A DNA stretch of 58,277 bases, filler included, from Sphacelaria rigidula (lineage: Eukaryota), in the NCBI GenBank assembly GCA_964200075.2. It is 9 parts of 9 records of this genome, joined end to end, with 100 filler letters (N's around TTAATTAATTAA, not from the genome) between each part and the next. Parts side by side here need not be neighbours in the genome. Positions count along the whole stretch, not along the records: positions 19,462 to 25,847 come from CAXNAA020020391.1; positions 25,948 to 32,333 come from CAXNAA020020392.1; positions 32,434 to 38,819 come from CAXNAA020020393.1; 6 more parts are not named here. One strand, 5' to 3'. Position 1 is the first letter of the stretch. Each line of letters starts with the position of its first letter. The notes beneath the pieces were generated by a model that was not told the origin of the DNA, searched no databases, and worked only from the letters and a program-made list of their open reading frames with translations. The position numbers were made by a program, and so were the translations under genes. Below are positions 24,358-37,264 of this stretch, piece after piece.

Positions 24358-26061
24358 AAACGCAGTCACAAAACAACCGGTTAGTCGAATTTTCGCCCGC
24401 AGCAGAAACAAAGTCGCGCTGTGAAATATATTGCCCTCTAACCAGGGCGCTTCAAATTTCAATTTATTTCGGTGTTTGGGACGTTGTCGTCTCAGATTTC
24501 GGCGGTGAAACCGGAGTGGTCTCGGCTGGGCCCTTCCACTCTGAAATGAAGGTCTGCCAGTAACTTGTCTTGTATTTACACGTGGTATGTATCTCCTGAC
24601 GGAAAGTAGTGGAGGGACTGGTGGACTCGTTTCAGAACCAAAATGCCCAGGTATTATCATGTGAATGCTTCGTCTTGAGTCTCGTTCGAATAACGTGTTG
24701 CATGCTAATAATACAACTACCTGTACTGCAGTTTGGTTGGGTCCTTGTATTCTTTGACAAAACCCTACGCTTCCCGGCGCCTCGTACACAGTTCATGATA
24801 ACCAGAGCATGTCGGTGGCGTTTATATCATGTATATCCGTTTTTGAATTGGCACGGTATACTATTTGGTGCAGCATGGAGCATGCGGCAGTACTACATCG
24901 AAAAAAAACTGGTTCACCACACCTCCAAGTGCAACAACGATGGACTCGCTGGTATCTCTTCTGCATGATTTCGATAAAGCGTGATGAAATATTAGGAGCA
25001 ATCACGTGACGGGCTGCCACAGGGGAGCACAGCGCTGTAGTGCACAAGCGTGCTGGCGCGATGTCGGCAATACGGAAAATCGCGCAAGCGCTAGCGCGCG
25101 TGCTCCTCGAAAATAACGCGCTCTGCCCGTGTAATTAAATTCAGTGCGTTTAATTAAAATAAATGCAAATGTTACCCTATGGGTGTGGAGCCGATACTGT
25201 GCATCAACCGCAGCGTGACGCCTGCGGTGGTATACCTGCTCACTGCACAGCGGCAGGGTGCAGGGCGACAAAGCACACCACAAGACGTCACATCCTTAGC
25301 CTATCCCTGTCCTATGCAATTCGCCACATCATGAATGCAGCCGCTTGTATCGCGGCCAACGTGTACGCAGGATGTGAGCCCTCGCTACACGCTTTGTGGC
25401 TACGTCACAAAAGCTGTCCGTGTTGCAGCTACAGCGTGCGTTGCCCCAGGCGCCGCACGCAGCAGTGAAAGGCCGCCTCTGCCGTGGTAATGGCTGCCTG
25501 TATCTTGGGGCGAAGCGGTATGGTAACACAGTCGCGGCTGGTGCGCCCACATACACCGAAAGGTGGCGACCGGCGTCCAGAATAGATGGGACGACAACAT
25601 ACACAACACATTGGCTTTGCGCAGTACACTTTCAACATCGTGTTCGTACTGTCTGTAGCAATATTTTGTCCACGGTTGGATACATTCCCATATATAATGC
25701 AAGGTCTGGTACATCTCGACTTATAGTGACACGGAGAGTCTGGTACGTTTCCACCCGTACATTCGCTGGTGACGATCCATGAGGCAGTGTATAAGCCGTG
25801 GCTGTCTCTGGAAGTGACGATACCAAAAAATAGAGCAACCCATTGTANNNNNNNNNNNNNNNNNNNNNNNNNNNNNNNNNNNNNNNNNNNNTTAATTAAT
25901 TAANNNNNNNNNNNNNNNNNNNNNNNNNNNNNNNNNNNNNNNNNNNNCCCCTCTCATGTGGGCGAAATTGCTGCAAACGAGCCCAATAGTGGGATCGCAG
26001 CCGGTTTGTTGACGGTCTCCGGTGCACTTTTTGTGGGGGCGCTATCTCGGCATTAGTCTTA

Positions 26062-26269
26062 ATAGCTATTGACAACTGCTACACGCCATAGGAATTTGGA
26101 TTTCGATCACCGAAATGTTGGGGTCCTAGGTGAAGAAGCAATTTCGGAACCATTTTGGCGTCCGTTCGGACACTCGAAATTTCCTGATAATGGTTTTTCA
26201 CCTAGGACTCCAACATTTCGGTGATCGAAATCTAAATTCGTATGGCCTGCAGCAGTTGTCAATAGCTAT
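26062..26269. mobile_element. Fold-back MITE with about 75-bp inverted arms
   Basis: ATAGCTATTGACAACTGCT...CCTAGGTGAA pairs with TTCACCTAGG...AGCAGTTGTCAATAGCTAT. Confidence 0.8.
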
Positions 26270-26372
26270 CAGAAGGTGAAGAAATGGAGCCATATTTCGA
26301 AGATTTGGTGTGGATACGAAGATTTGAATTCTCCGGGTTTCTCATCCCCAATAAAAGATTCATCACCAATTT

Positions 26373-27400
26373 TTAAGATCCCGGATGAATCCAGAAGCGG
26401 GTGGATATTTCCATGCCAACCCACCAACAGAAGCGTTCCAGGCGTGCTAGGATACGAGTGACGCCCAGGTGACATAACAAACCTGTGTGGCAGCCTTTTA
26501 TGACCCAGGGGCGCATTAATAATGGGACATATATGCGCGTTGGTTGGTCTTTGAGTAGTCCTGCGTGGCGTCCCGTGGTTGAGACGAAAAGTGCGCCCGT
26601 CAAGGCATGAGGCGACGCACGAGTAGTTGTACGCCTTCATCCGTAGTGAAAATGGTGCCTTCACGCACGAGTTCGTATACGTCAGAGATACCTGGGGGTG
26701 GCAGTGTGCCAACCAGGGCCAAAAGGGCGGATGGAAAAGGGATTGAACAGTCAGGCTGCAAGAATCGGATAGCTGCGCGACATAAAGGTTCCGCATTTTG
26801 TTCGCGAGCCCAATCACGTTTAGAGTAGCTGGCTAGAAACTCGCGTAGTTGACCACCCGCTGGAGAGTCGACCAAACATGGTGGGGTGGGCAGCGGGGGA
26901 ATAGGCGACGGGGCAGAAATGCCGACGTCAATATCTGCCCCGGGAGCAGGAGCTGAGTCGTCTGCTCCATGCTCGGGAGCGGTGGATGTTGGTGGCGCCG
27001 TTATGGGTGGCGGGGTCGTAGCAGTGCGCGGTGAAGATTGGCCGCGGCGCGTGGTACACGTTGCAGCAATTTTCGGGAAGCGTTGCTTACTGCTCCGTTG
27101 TACCGGTGCTGCGTGGCTCGTGGGATTTGTAGATGTTATCGGTGGTGGCGGGGCACCCGGGAGGGTGGTGCGGGCGGCAGACCGGGAGCGCGTGTTATCG
27201 GAGGTTGGGTGGATGACCGAAGGTGTCTCCGTGAAAAGCTTGGCGCGAGGACCATAAGTGCAGACATCGATTCGAACGGTCATCTGAAATGTAATATCCA
27301 GCTGGACCCGTCGACAGGTCTTAGGCGGCATGACAACAGGCTTATATGCTCCGCATGACATCTGTGCAAAATTTTAGGGTCTAACTCCTTGAAATGGCGT
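26373..27400 (-). mobile_element. Ty3/gypsy pol fragment (Pro-rich linker and integrase zinc-finger start)
   Basis: DWAREQNAEPLC...LLVRR, then after a frameshift IYVPLLMRPWVIKGCHTGLLCHLGVTRILARLERFCWWVGM, the H-x5-H-xG start of an integrase H2C2 domain. Confidence 0.8.
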
Positions 27401-28015
27401 GAGGTTTTGCCGATGAGTGTGTCTTGGGCGATAAGCGTGAACCAGCTCGTGCAAACTCTCCAATACTTCGCACCTATTGACGAAAAGCTACAGAACCTGC
27501 CGGCAGAGTAGTAGAACCAGTTTCATAGGACATTTGTGCAGACCCGCCGGTCCAACCAACACCACTTTTGAATGCACCCGCGCACAACAGAGCCCACAAA
27601 TAGCGCACGCCACGGCACGCACACCCCCAATGTCACAGCTCGCACGCACACATACCCGGACGAACCACCGCCAGTGGTGAAAATCAAGATTATGCAGCGG
27701 AAAGACCAAGCCCACCCCTCTTGCTCGACAAACGCACACAAAAGAAGTGTTAACTCTAATACCCTCCTTCAAGGAAAACAAAAACAAACGGCTCTTGATA
27801 TTATTTTCACACCATATACAAGGACGGAGCGTGTTCGCTATTTTTCGCGTTGTGTCCTTCGAGCCCGAATGCACCCACTGGGTTATAGATTACCCTTTCT
27901 AGGGCAACGGTTTCGAGGGCACATCCCGCGCTCAGCGGAAAAAATCGAATAGTGGCATATTCCTTCCGCGTGCAGGTTTCGAGAGTCGTTTTGAAAAGCA
28001 CTTGAAGAAAAGAGT

Positions 28016-28188
28016 CACACCTTGGACAATATATGGTCAACAGTTGCAGTAGACAAGAAACGTACTGCATAAAGTACAGGCCTATTGTGACTATTGTCGA
28101 CCGGCAATAGTTGCAATAGGCCTGTACTTTATGCATTACACTTCTCGTCTATTGCATCTATTGACCATATTATATTGTCCAGGGTGTG
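28016..28188. mobile_element. Palindromic MITE, CACACC(C/T)TGGACAATA TIR family
   Basis: Almost the whole element is an imperfect inverted repeat; related copies at 43194-43331 and about 46450-46592. Confidence 0.8.
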
Positions 28189-29065
28189 AAAAGGATCAAC
28201 CCCTGAATGTCTCAGTAGTGTGGAAGTGTATATGGCGTCTGAATAGGAAGAGCGTTACGTCAACGCACGATTTCTCTATGTCAAGGATGTAGTCTAAAAT
28301 TAAGTGTATCCCAAGAAACGAAGGAAAAGGGGCAATGGTTAGTAAAATGTCGCCGAACAGCCTGGACACTTTTCGAAGGCCGGCAATCCCCCCGCGTTCA
28401 GCACCCCTGACGCTTATCATGTTCGCCGTGAGGCTGGAAGCCCTAATTGCTTATACTATGTACTTTTGAATCATGGTTAACGTCGTTTTCTCTTTTCGCG
28501 ATTTTGTTCAAAGCCACCACGCGTGCGAGGACCGTTGCGTTGGTACTCGCGGCGGTGCTGCCACGTGCGTCAGCCGTGGCTTACCACTAGTCATTGTTAT
28601 TATCATCATTATTCCCGCACATCAGTCCGATCTCTCGAACCCGTGATCACAGACGCAGGCTCGTCATTCCAATACCGTCCCTGCTAGTCCTTACAAGACA
28701 TAGAGCCCTTCATCATTTGTTTTTCCAGACTCCAGCCTAATAACAAAAACAAACGCAATCAACTACAATAATACCAAATTGTTAATAAGAAGGGAGACGC
28801 CAAGAAAATGATGAAAAGGAGCTTCCCCGAGTTCAACGGGGTGAAAAGAAAATTAAAGAAAAAACAGATCTGCTAAAAAAAACACATCGGCAGATAAGGG
28901 GGAGAAAATAAAATCAAGAAAAGACAGACGACACAAAGGGAATACCAAGGCCACCGAGGAGGGGTCAACTCAAAAAAACAACCCAGGCACCCTCATAGAC
29001 CACCGTCACAGCTGTTCGGAAAGACCACAGACGTACTATTGATAGCGAGTGTACTACCCGATGGA

Positions 29066-32009
29066 CTACTGGTTATACGTTTTGGAGGTCTTCGGTAGGC
29101 ACTGGGAGAGCTCCAGTGGTAGCACAGCAAACAGTTCCTTAGGGTAGTGTGCTTTCGTCCAGGCTGCCATGTACATGTTAGTTCCCTCCTCTACAACTCG
29201 GGACCATTCGGACACATCTTGGGCAAGCTGCGTCCACAATGTCGCATTTATTCCGAAGTACGAACAGTAGTCCATGATACAGTGTTGTAGGCGCCTTGCT
29301 GGTCGACCGGCCCTTGTCTTTCCCCCAACCATGACTCCTTGCATGAAGATACTGGGGAGGGGTTCATCGTGCATGCACCCAACGCGGTCGGCATGTAGGA
29401 GGGTTCGCTTGATCACTGTGGCCTTGATGCACTCGCAGCTGGTTCGTTCGAGGACCTCGTGGTATGGCAGCAGCATGTGGTAGTCAGGGGCGCTGCGGCT
29501 TGAGGTATGCTTATTGAGGCAACTCAGCAGGAATTCTTGATGGACCTCCCGTAACGCGCGGAAAGTGTCGTGTGTAATTGCCCAGGTCACGCAGCCGTAT
29601 AGCATTATCTCGATCACTTCAGTCTTCAGGAGATGAACCTTGGTGGCGAGGGCGATGTACGGGTTGTCGTGTACCTCTCTGCGGTACTTGTAGAAGCACG
29701 TCCAGGCCTGGCCAACGCGGCTGTGGATCTCGGGAGTGACATTACCGATGCTGCTGATTATTCCGCCAAGGTAGAGGAACGACTCAACTTTCTTGCTTAT
29801 TTGGCCCGCTGCCTCCACCTCGATCGTATCCACCTCCATATTAGGGGAGCGCATGTGCATGGTGACAGTCTTCTTTTCCGCGACGGCAAGACCGAATGCC
29901 GCACGTACTTCGACGACGGCCGTCATCATCTTTGCTAGGTTACCCGGGACCGCGAAGTAATGCCAGCGTCGTCGGCGTGTAGCGTAGCGCAGAGCACTTC
30001 GCTGACTTCGTCCCTGGTCTTCCAGTCCCTTTCAGCGATGCGGATGACGTCTTGCACCACCGTTTTATTGATCGAGAAGCGGTCGAACGTTACCGTCAGC
30101 ACCGCCACGAAAAACAAGTTGGACAGACCGGGTAAAAGCACACACCCTTGGCGGAGACCCTGGTTAACGTTCAACCACTCAGACGTCTCGCCGCTGTCCA
30201 GGCGTACACATGCCCGTATGCCGTCGTAGAATTAGCGGATTATGGAAATTATCTTGGCGGGGATACCGTAGCGTGCTAGAACTTTCCTGACAAGAAAGCG
30301 GTCCACTGAGTCGTATGACTTTTGGACGTCGATAAAGCACATGTACAGAGGAAGATTCTTCTCTCTAGCCAATTCTTGGAGCCTTCGCACAACAAACATC
30401 ATGTCAACTACGGACCGGTCAGGTCGGAAACCGCATTATGCTTCTGGGAGGATTCCCTTCCACTCGCAGTAGGCGCTGAGGCGAGTCTCAAATATCTTGA
30501 GTACCACCTTACCCGCGTGGGACCCGAGAGAAATACCGCGTCAGTTGCCGCATTCGTGCGGATCCTGTTTCTTCAAAAGCACCTTGATGATGGTGTGTTT
30601 CCACTTCTACGGCGCACTACTTCCTGGCGCCACACGGTGAGCACGATGTTGTGGAGGCACTTCAGGATGGCAGAGTCATCGGTGTCGAGCTTCAATAGTT
30701 CACCACATATTTTGTCGGTCCCAACGGCCTTGCCATTCGCTAGCTTGTCCACCGCTTCCTTCACTTTTGCCTTCGAGGGCTCCGCCGCGAGTGGTGCGCG
30801 CTCCGGCATCTTTTTGATAAGATCTATGACAGAGTGGTCGATCGTAGGCGAGGTTGCGTTCAGCAGTGTTTCGAACCATTCCTTCCATCGTTGAAGAATA
30901 GCGTGCTTGTCTCGCAACAGCTCGCCAGTCGCGCTCCTGATGCAAGTTCAGCCGCTCTATTTTTCTCCTTCCAGTTCCAAGGACTCAAAATGCTGATACG
31001 GTCCTGCTTGATCCTTCTTGCGAACAAGATCCGCGGTCCGGACTGTGAACTCGTGAACGAGGTTCTGCAGCTCTTGGACGCTTTGTCCGTTAACTTTAGT
31101 GGCTTCTTCAGGACAGCGTATTTCGGGATTCCTCGCAGATTCTTCCGCACACTTTCCCTGAGATACCACGCCTTTTGGAGACGATCCTGAGCTTGAGTTG
31201 ATTCACTGAAACCTCTAGATGGGGTTTTCTTGGAGAATCGAGAGAGTGTATCCGCGACCGCCTGTCCCAGGGCGTCGGCGAAGGTATATGCCATGTCGTT
31301 TACGTCCATTACTGCGGGGGGATTGGTGACATTCGGGAGCATAGCGAAAATGGCCTGTGAGCAGTCGCTCTTCAGAGTCGGTCGGATGCGAGGGTGTTGC
31401 GGTCGAAACGCACTCCCCTATCCCCGCCTCTCGGTTTAGGTTGGCGATTGGGAGCGTTGCATCCGAGGAGACGGATGGTGGCTGCGACCAGACGATGGTC
31501 CGACTTCATCCCGGGGTTCGCAGTGACATTTTGGACGACTCTGCGGTTTTGCTGACGTACTAGGATGTAGTGCAGGCGCCGGTGGTGATCGACCACCGGC
31601 CGCGCGCATTCGCTCACGAAACAATGTGTTGGTGATGACCATTTTTTGTCCCGCAGCACGTTTCAGTAGGCGTCTACCGTTATCATTCCGGGTGTATTGG
31701 CCATAACTCCCAGTACCCGAACGTCATCCATGCCTCGTCCTTCTCTTTCCGGTACGAGCATTGGCATCCATCATAGGTACCAGGTACTCGTTGGTGGGCA
31801 TCTCAGCGATAGAACTGCTGATGATTTTGCAGAACTCTTCTCATATCCTTGTGCTGTCTCAGTAGGAGCATACCCTACGATGAAGGTTGTTGCAACTCTA
31901 TGCCTAAAAGCAACTCGAACCTCGACAATCCTAGCACTCACGTGTTCGGGAGTGATGGCTCCTGGACCCAGCGTGCTGGCGATAGACTCCTTAATGGCGA
32001 GGCCGACTA
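29066..32009 (-). mobile_element. RTE-like LINE, near-complete degenerate ORF (APE endonuclease + RT)
   Basis: Endonuclease motifs GLAIKESI, IVGYAPT, NDNGRRLL, SDHRLV; RT motifs KAVGTDKI, GLRQGCVL, LHADDAG, FLYLGG, MLYGCVTW; many frameshifts; 5' end interrupted by a MITE. Confidence 0.92.
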
Positions 32010-32333
32010 TAATGCGTGAGAGGACCGCGTGCTTAGAGGACCGCGCCGTAGTTCAAAACACCTCAGGATCGTCGTTTTTCAAAACCAATCAGGCCAGCAC
32101 ACGTGGACAGATAGCACCCTGTGGGGCGCACTGTGCAGGGTTCATACAGGGTCCTCCACAGACTTTGTGAAAAAACCCTGACAGTGAAATGCAAAATCTG
32201 TACCCGTCGCAGCGTTTTGATAGGGCTTTCCCCAGGGTTGGATTTGCAGCGCTGTGTAGGTACGTCGGCAAAGCCCTGCACAGTCATGTGGTAGTGTTTT
32301 GGTGAAAAAACCTCAAGTGCTTTTTTTTCGAAA
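32010..32333 (+). mobile_element. Nested element ends: TAATGCGTGAGAGG MITE (32010-32097) interrupted by a CACACGTGG element (32098 onward)
   Basis: 32010-32097 matches the reverse complement of 20230-20318; similarity switches at 32098 to the 18783 family. Confidence 0.7.
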
Positions 32334-32433
32334 NNNNNNNNNNNNNNNNNNNNNNNNNNNNNNNNNNNNNNNNNNNNTTAATTAATTAANNNNNNNNNNN
32401 NNNNNNNNNNNNNNNNNNNNNNNNNNNNNNNNN

Positions 32434-35400
32434 CTTGAGCCTCATCTCGAAGTTAAACCTCAATTCTCACAATTTGTTGTTATAGGTAGTATTCCTAGCA
32501 TGAAAATTTGCCGACTCCATTTCATCAACGTTGAACAGACCAGGGATGGTATTTGCCTAGTTCACTTTTTCATTCCAAACTTCCTTCCAATTCCGCCGAA
32601 GGTATGCGAGTAATAAATTGACTCGAAAGGTAGGCTCTGACGGTAAGTAACACCCAAATATAGCCAAATTAGACGTGATTCACAAACTTCCGGCCCAGGA
32701 ATCAGCCATATCTTCGACAATACTCGATATTCGCGCATTGTTTGCCCCCAGAATCCTCCGAAACGAAAATTCGGAGGTCGCGATCATCGCGATATCTGGA
32801 ATCCTCGGCACATCGCGATTTGTTTTTCTAGTTTCGATTAACCGCCGTTGAAAATTGACGTATTTTTTTGCATCGATTTATAACCGTGGTCACGACCGTC
32901 CTGGATGCAGTCTGTACACACTTGTTTCCCGCAGGCTCCATGTAGTGCGAACCCCGTGAGTGAACTGAACCACTGGAGAGTATTTCTTTCACACATTTCC
33001 CGACAGGCATCGTTAGCATCGCGTGCAGATGAGAGCCAGTCTGTCATTTTCATGAATGATTAAATCCTCGAGGACGACAACGCCCCGTTGCGGCGCGCGG
33101 TAACTGTCCATATATCTTCTTCATGTTCGACCAGATTCTTGGGATGGTAATGAATCCTGTATCTGGTGGTCGGGATTCCTTCTCATGTAAATGCGGCTCA
33201 GAGTCTCAATTACAACTCAAAACGAACACACGCGCTTTTTACGAACGTCGACTGTAGTTTTGTCACGGTACTGATGCGACATTGTTCTTCTCCGACCGAT
33301 TTATCTCCGGTTAGTGCCGACAATCTTGATCAGCCTGATTTCATCACCAATCGTGCGCTTGCCTGGCAGAAACGTGCACGTAGCCTGTCCATTTGTTCCT
33401 TCAGCCGGGACAGGGTTGCGGTAATGTACTGTGTTCATATATGAGGATATGTATTCCTCTCTCTCTCGTGCACCAAGACAGCTCTCGCCTTCGCACCCGA
33501 ACCTCAACTATTGTTCATCGTAACTTTTACTTATCGCTCCTACCCCGAAACATTGTTCGGTGCATGCATGTCGAACCCCAATTTCATGCTGAGGTCGGAC
33601 CTTCTCTTCCTCTCTCATGATCCTCGTGTAGAGCACGTTCTCTTCATATCGGGACGTAGGTGCTCTTGCAACAGGAGGTGTTTATGTTCATTGCCGGCAT
33701 CTAAATGAACTGTGCTCCGCCGACACTCTCGTAGTATGCCGCAGCTCTTGCACTACAGCAGTAACTGCACCGCCGCCAGTCTGTGAACATTACCTCTGCG
33801 TTTCGCGGGGTCTGTGTTTTCAACACTCGTTCACAATTTGAATGAAGAATGTACTCGCGCCAGAACACGTCATGAGCTCCCCTCCCGCATGATCTCTGCA
33901 CACCCACCCGTTCTGGTGCGGCGACAAGATTTGAGTACCCTCCCTCACCTCCCCCCGCCTGGAGGCCTGCATACACGCACTACGAAAAAAAAATGCTCTA
34001 CATCTTCCAAGCGGAATATCACCTGAGCTCAGTATTAAATGTGTCCATCTCTGAGTGATGCTACTGTATATGTGAGAAAATAATTTCTGAGGATATAAGT
34101 GTTGGAGCCTCTTTCTCTCCTATTAAGCACGACTGCAGTACGACTTATAAAAAATTTGGAGACTACCCCAGGATCACTCATCCAGAGTACTATGAATATC
34201 TCGAAATCATCTGCGACCGGGGATGTCCTGACCTATATTCGTGGGTTAGGGTTAATGGTTAGTAGCTTCGGAACCACGCAAGATCTTGCGCGAGAAGTAC
34301 ACCCCTACCGTCGCATTGCTCCTTGACGATTGGCGCGTCGGGTTTAACGCCGACCTTGTTGTTTTCGGCACGTTCCTTCTCTTCGATTTCTTCATAACCG
34401 GGATCCAGCTCGAGTCCACGTTCGGCTTCTCTGCTTTCCTCCGTTACCGTTGCTGCCTTACGACCGACGTTTGTAACAGTTAGTCGTGTTATTCTTTTGC
34501 TTGCGTCGACAGTAGTAACAACTTGAAATAGAAGGCTCTGACTTCTGCGGGGACTCAAAGTCATATCGACATTTCTCGGGATGGAGCAGCGAACGAGCCG
34601 CTGCAATAACAAATGAGGGCTTGCCTGCCTTCAAGTCAGAACCCTAACCCTGATCCGATAGACGAGGTACCGAAGGCCGCTGGAGGCCTGTGACGGCATT
34701 TTTGTGCATATGTGTGGATTATCTTCTTTGGGATTTCACAATATAGTTCATGTTTTCACCATCATCATGGTTTCCTCTGGTGTGATGATATTTTGCAAGG
34801 GACCGTCATCGAAACGAATGCATCTCACATGCCTGTATATAAGAGTCGTGCTACGATAGGGTTGCACTTTTTTGTTCACGTGATCCCAAAACTGGATTTT
34901 GCGAAGGATCTATATGAAGCACTTGCATTCATGCAATTTGGACGGGTTGCCATTGTCACTGTCGATATCTTGGCGTCTTCAGAGAAGCGGAGACCGTGCA
35001 TGCGAACGTGGAGGCAAATCGCATTTTCCAAGACCTTGATGACACAGAGATTGCACTAGTGGCGTGCATCCCCCGATTTACATTCGTCCCTAGACTTCTG
35101 ATTTCGATGTTCCCATGAAGTCGCAAACTACATGAGGGTGCCCCCACGCCTGCTCCCCACTCCCTCGGTATACAGCATACTTCCTACGCCATAAATCCAC
35201 CCAAGAATCCAGCAAGACATCAGCTCGTACGGTGTCGTTGTTGGCCCGCGCCCGCCCCGCGCTCATCCCCTCAGGGTGTTGAGTGTATTTTATAGTGAGT
35301 ACATCCACCGGACAAGCAATATCCAGGCACATACAAGCCGAACCTCCCAGCGTGCATTCATGCTAAGACCCCAAAGGTAAAATACAGTATACCGCGGCCT

Positions 35401-36301
35401 CGACACCCCGCTGTTCGACGCAAGCATGTCCTTTTCGCCCTCTACACCAGACAACTTCATGGAAATGCGGTGTAACCCGATGGGCGTCATCATAAGCTCC
35501 ACACTGCGTCAATCTTGCCATTAGGGATTGGAAACTCCGTTCCGTTGGTGCGTAGTATCATGTCCAACAACGACCCATACTTGTCCCCTGGGGAGAAGAT
35601 GTACTTCGCTATGTCCGGAGTGCACAGGTGTTCCTGTGTGACTTTCTTCTTGATTTTCTTTTGGGCCCCGGGGCCGAAGATATACGCGGTTGTAATCGCG
35701 CTCGGTAGTTTTTGCGATACACTTATCCCGAGGTCAAAGTTTCGGAAGAGTGTCCGACGCAATTTCGTTTTGAGCCACGCTGAAACATGCCTTTCGCTAA
35801 CGGGTTTCTGCAGCGCTTGCTGTTGGAAGTGGTTCCTGGCCTCAAGAATAGCGGTCTCGATCGCGGACCTGCACGGTTAGCGCGGGATTTCCGGAAAACA
35901 CGCGAGAATAGTGATGGTACAGCGAAGTGGCGATGGTTCAGTAGTAATTTTCAAACACGCGAGAAAAGTGATGGAACAGCGAAGTGGCGATGGTTCAGTA
36001 GCAATTTGCAAAAGGGCTTATGATGATGTGGTTAGATACATGGTTACGAAAAACCACCCTGATTGTCGACATAGTTGATGACCAAAAGCGTTTGCACGCA
36101 TGTTTCCAGGAAAACTTGAACCATATCGAAACCGAAAACGAACATGGATTCCCGCGACTCCTCGTCTTCGAACAAATGGAGGGGTGGAGAAGCCTCCACC
36201 CCGGTGGTGGCTGTTAGTCTCTGTGGTGTCTCTTCGAAGTCATCGTCGCCTGTCTCGTAGTGTTGTTCGTCAATGTTGATCCTTAATATTAGGATACGCA
36301 T
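32434..36301 (-). pseudogene. Decayed, apparently intron-poor coding tract of unknown family
   Basis: Chain of same-strand, protein-like ORF pieces (36044-36301, 35490-35870, 35290-35502, 35090-35332, 34259-34612, 32838-33053, 32434-32850) joined by stops and frameshifts; none of the interspersed repeats seen elsewhere in the window. Confidence 0.4.
35896..36009. repeat. 57-bp tandem duplication x2
   Basis: AAACACGCGAGAA.AGTGATGG.ACAGCGAAGTGGCGATGGTTCAGTAG.AATTT.C starts at 35896 and 35953. Confidence 0.95.
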
Positions 36302-36779
36302 GGGGTAAGGGACATCGAGGAATATTCAGCATCATTCAGCATTGTTACACGAATAGTTGAAGGAAGTGAGAGGTGTGCCTGTTTGGTGCCTTGGATGGGT
36401 GTTCACTCGGCGCCAAGTATGTATACTGATACATGTGTGTGTCGAGTGTGCTCCTTCAGTAGTGCGTATTTACCTTCCACCGGCGTTGTGCGTGTTCGCA
36501 GGGCGCTTGAAAGTATCCAGCGATGTTTCGCTATTTCCTGTCTCAGCCTGGGCTCGCTTGCGCTTTCTCCGGTCCTCTGAGTCTCTGTGCCCGCGGGAAG
36601 TGAAGCATCCAACATTTGAAGGCAAAATGTTGGCGGAGTGTTAGGGCGACACCAAGTGAACCTTCCTGTCCTCACCATACATACCCGACACATCGCATTG
36701 TATGGGAAAAAAGATACCTCGTGTGCCTCTTCGGAGGGTACGTACTCCTCTCACTTCGAGTTCGCATTAGAGTTTCATC

Positions 36780-37264
36780 TCATCGTTTGCCATCCTTACT
36801 CTCATACACGAAGGAGGTGTGGGGATGCGTTCGTTGTCTTGTTACGCGCCCATGTACCGAATACCCACACTGTCCATGGATATGACAAGAAAGTGCGTCA
36901 CCGCTGCCACGCGTGGCGGGATACCTGTTATTGGAGTATTCCGTGCGAGAAGCCACTCCGTCGTTATCATCGTTCGCGTGGGTGTCGTGTGGTTGGATTT
37001 GGCGTTGCTCCCGTTCGCCGCCGTCGCTGTCCGAGGTTCCGCCGCCGCCGCCGCCGTCGTCTTCGTCGTCGTCGTCAGGGGTAAAATTCGTGATTGTCAC
37101 GGACACCGACTTGCCGGCCACTTGGTTTCCGTTTTCGTCCACGAGACCGAGGGCCTTCAACATCTTCGCCGGGCAGTGGGCCTCCACAAGAGACGTGGAC
37201 GCTTTTTTGTTTCCATCTCGTGCCTTGTGTTTCACGATCACGTTATACTTCTCGGCGGCATGGC
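36780..37264 (-). CDS. Hypothetical protein, probable next (terminal) exon
   Basis: ctatctag| phase-1 acceptor compatible with the upstream donor; GHAAEKYNVIVKHK...SVSVTITNFTPDDDDEDD. Confidence 0.5.

Noticed and set aside
34259..34612. LELDPG as a Fanzor/TnpB RuvC-I motif
   Set aside because: The context is acidic and helical, and I found no RuvC-II Glu, zinc finger or DxNAA motif at the expected spacing.
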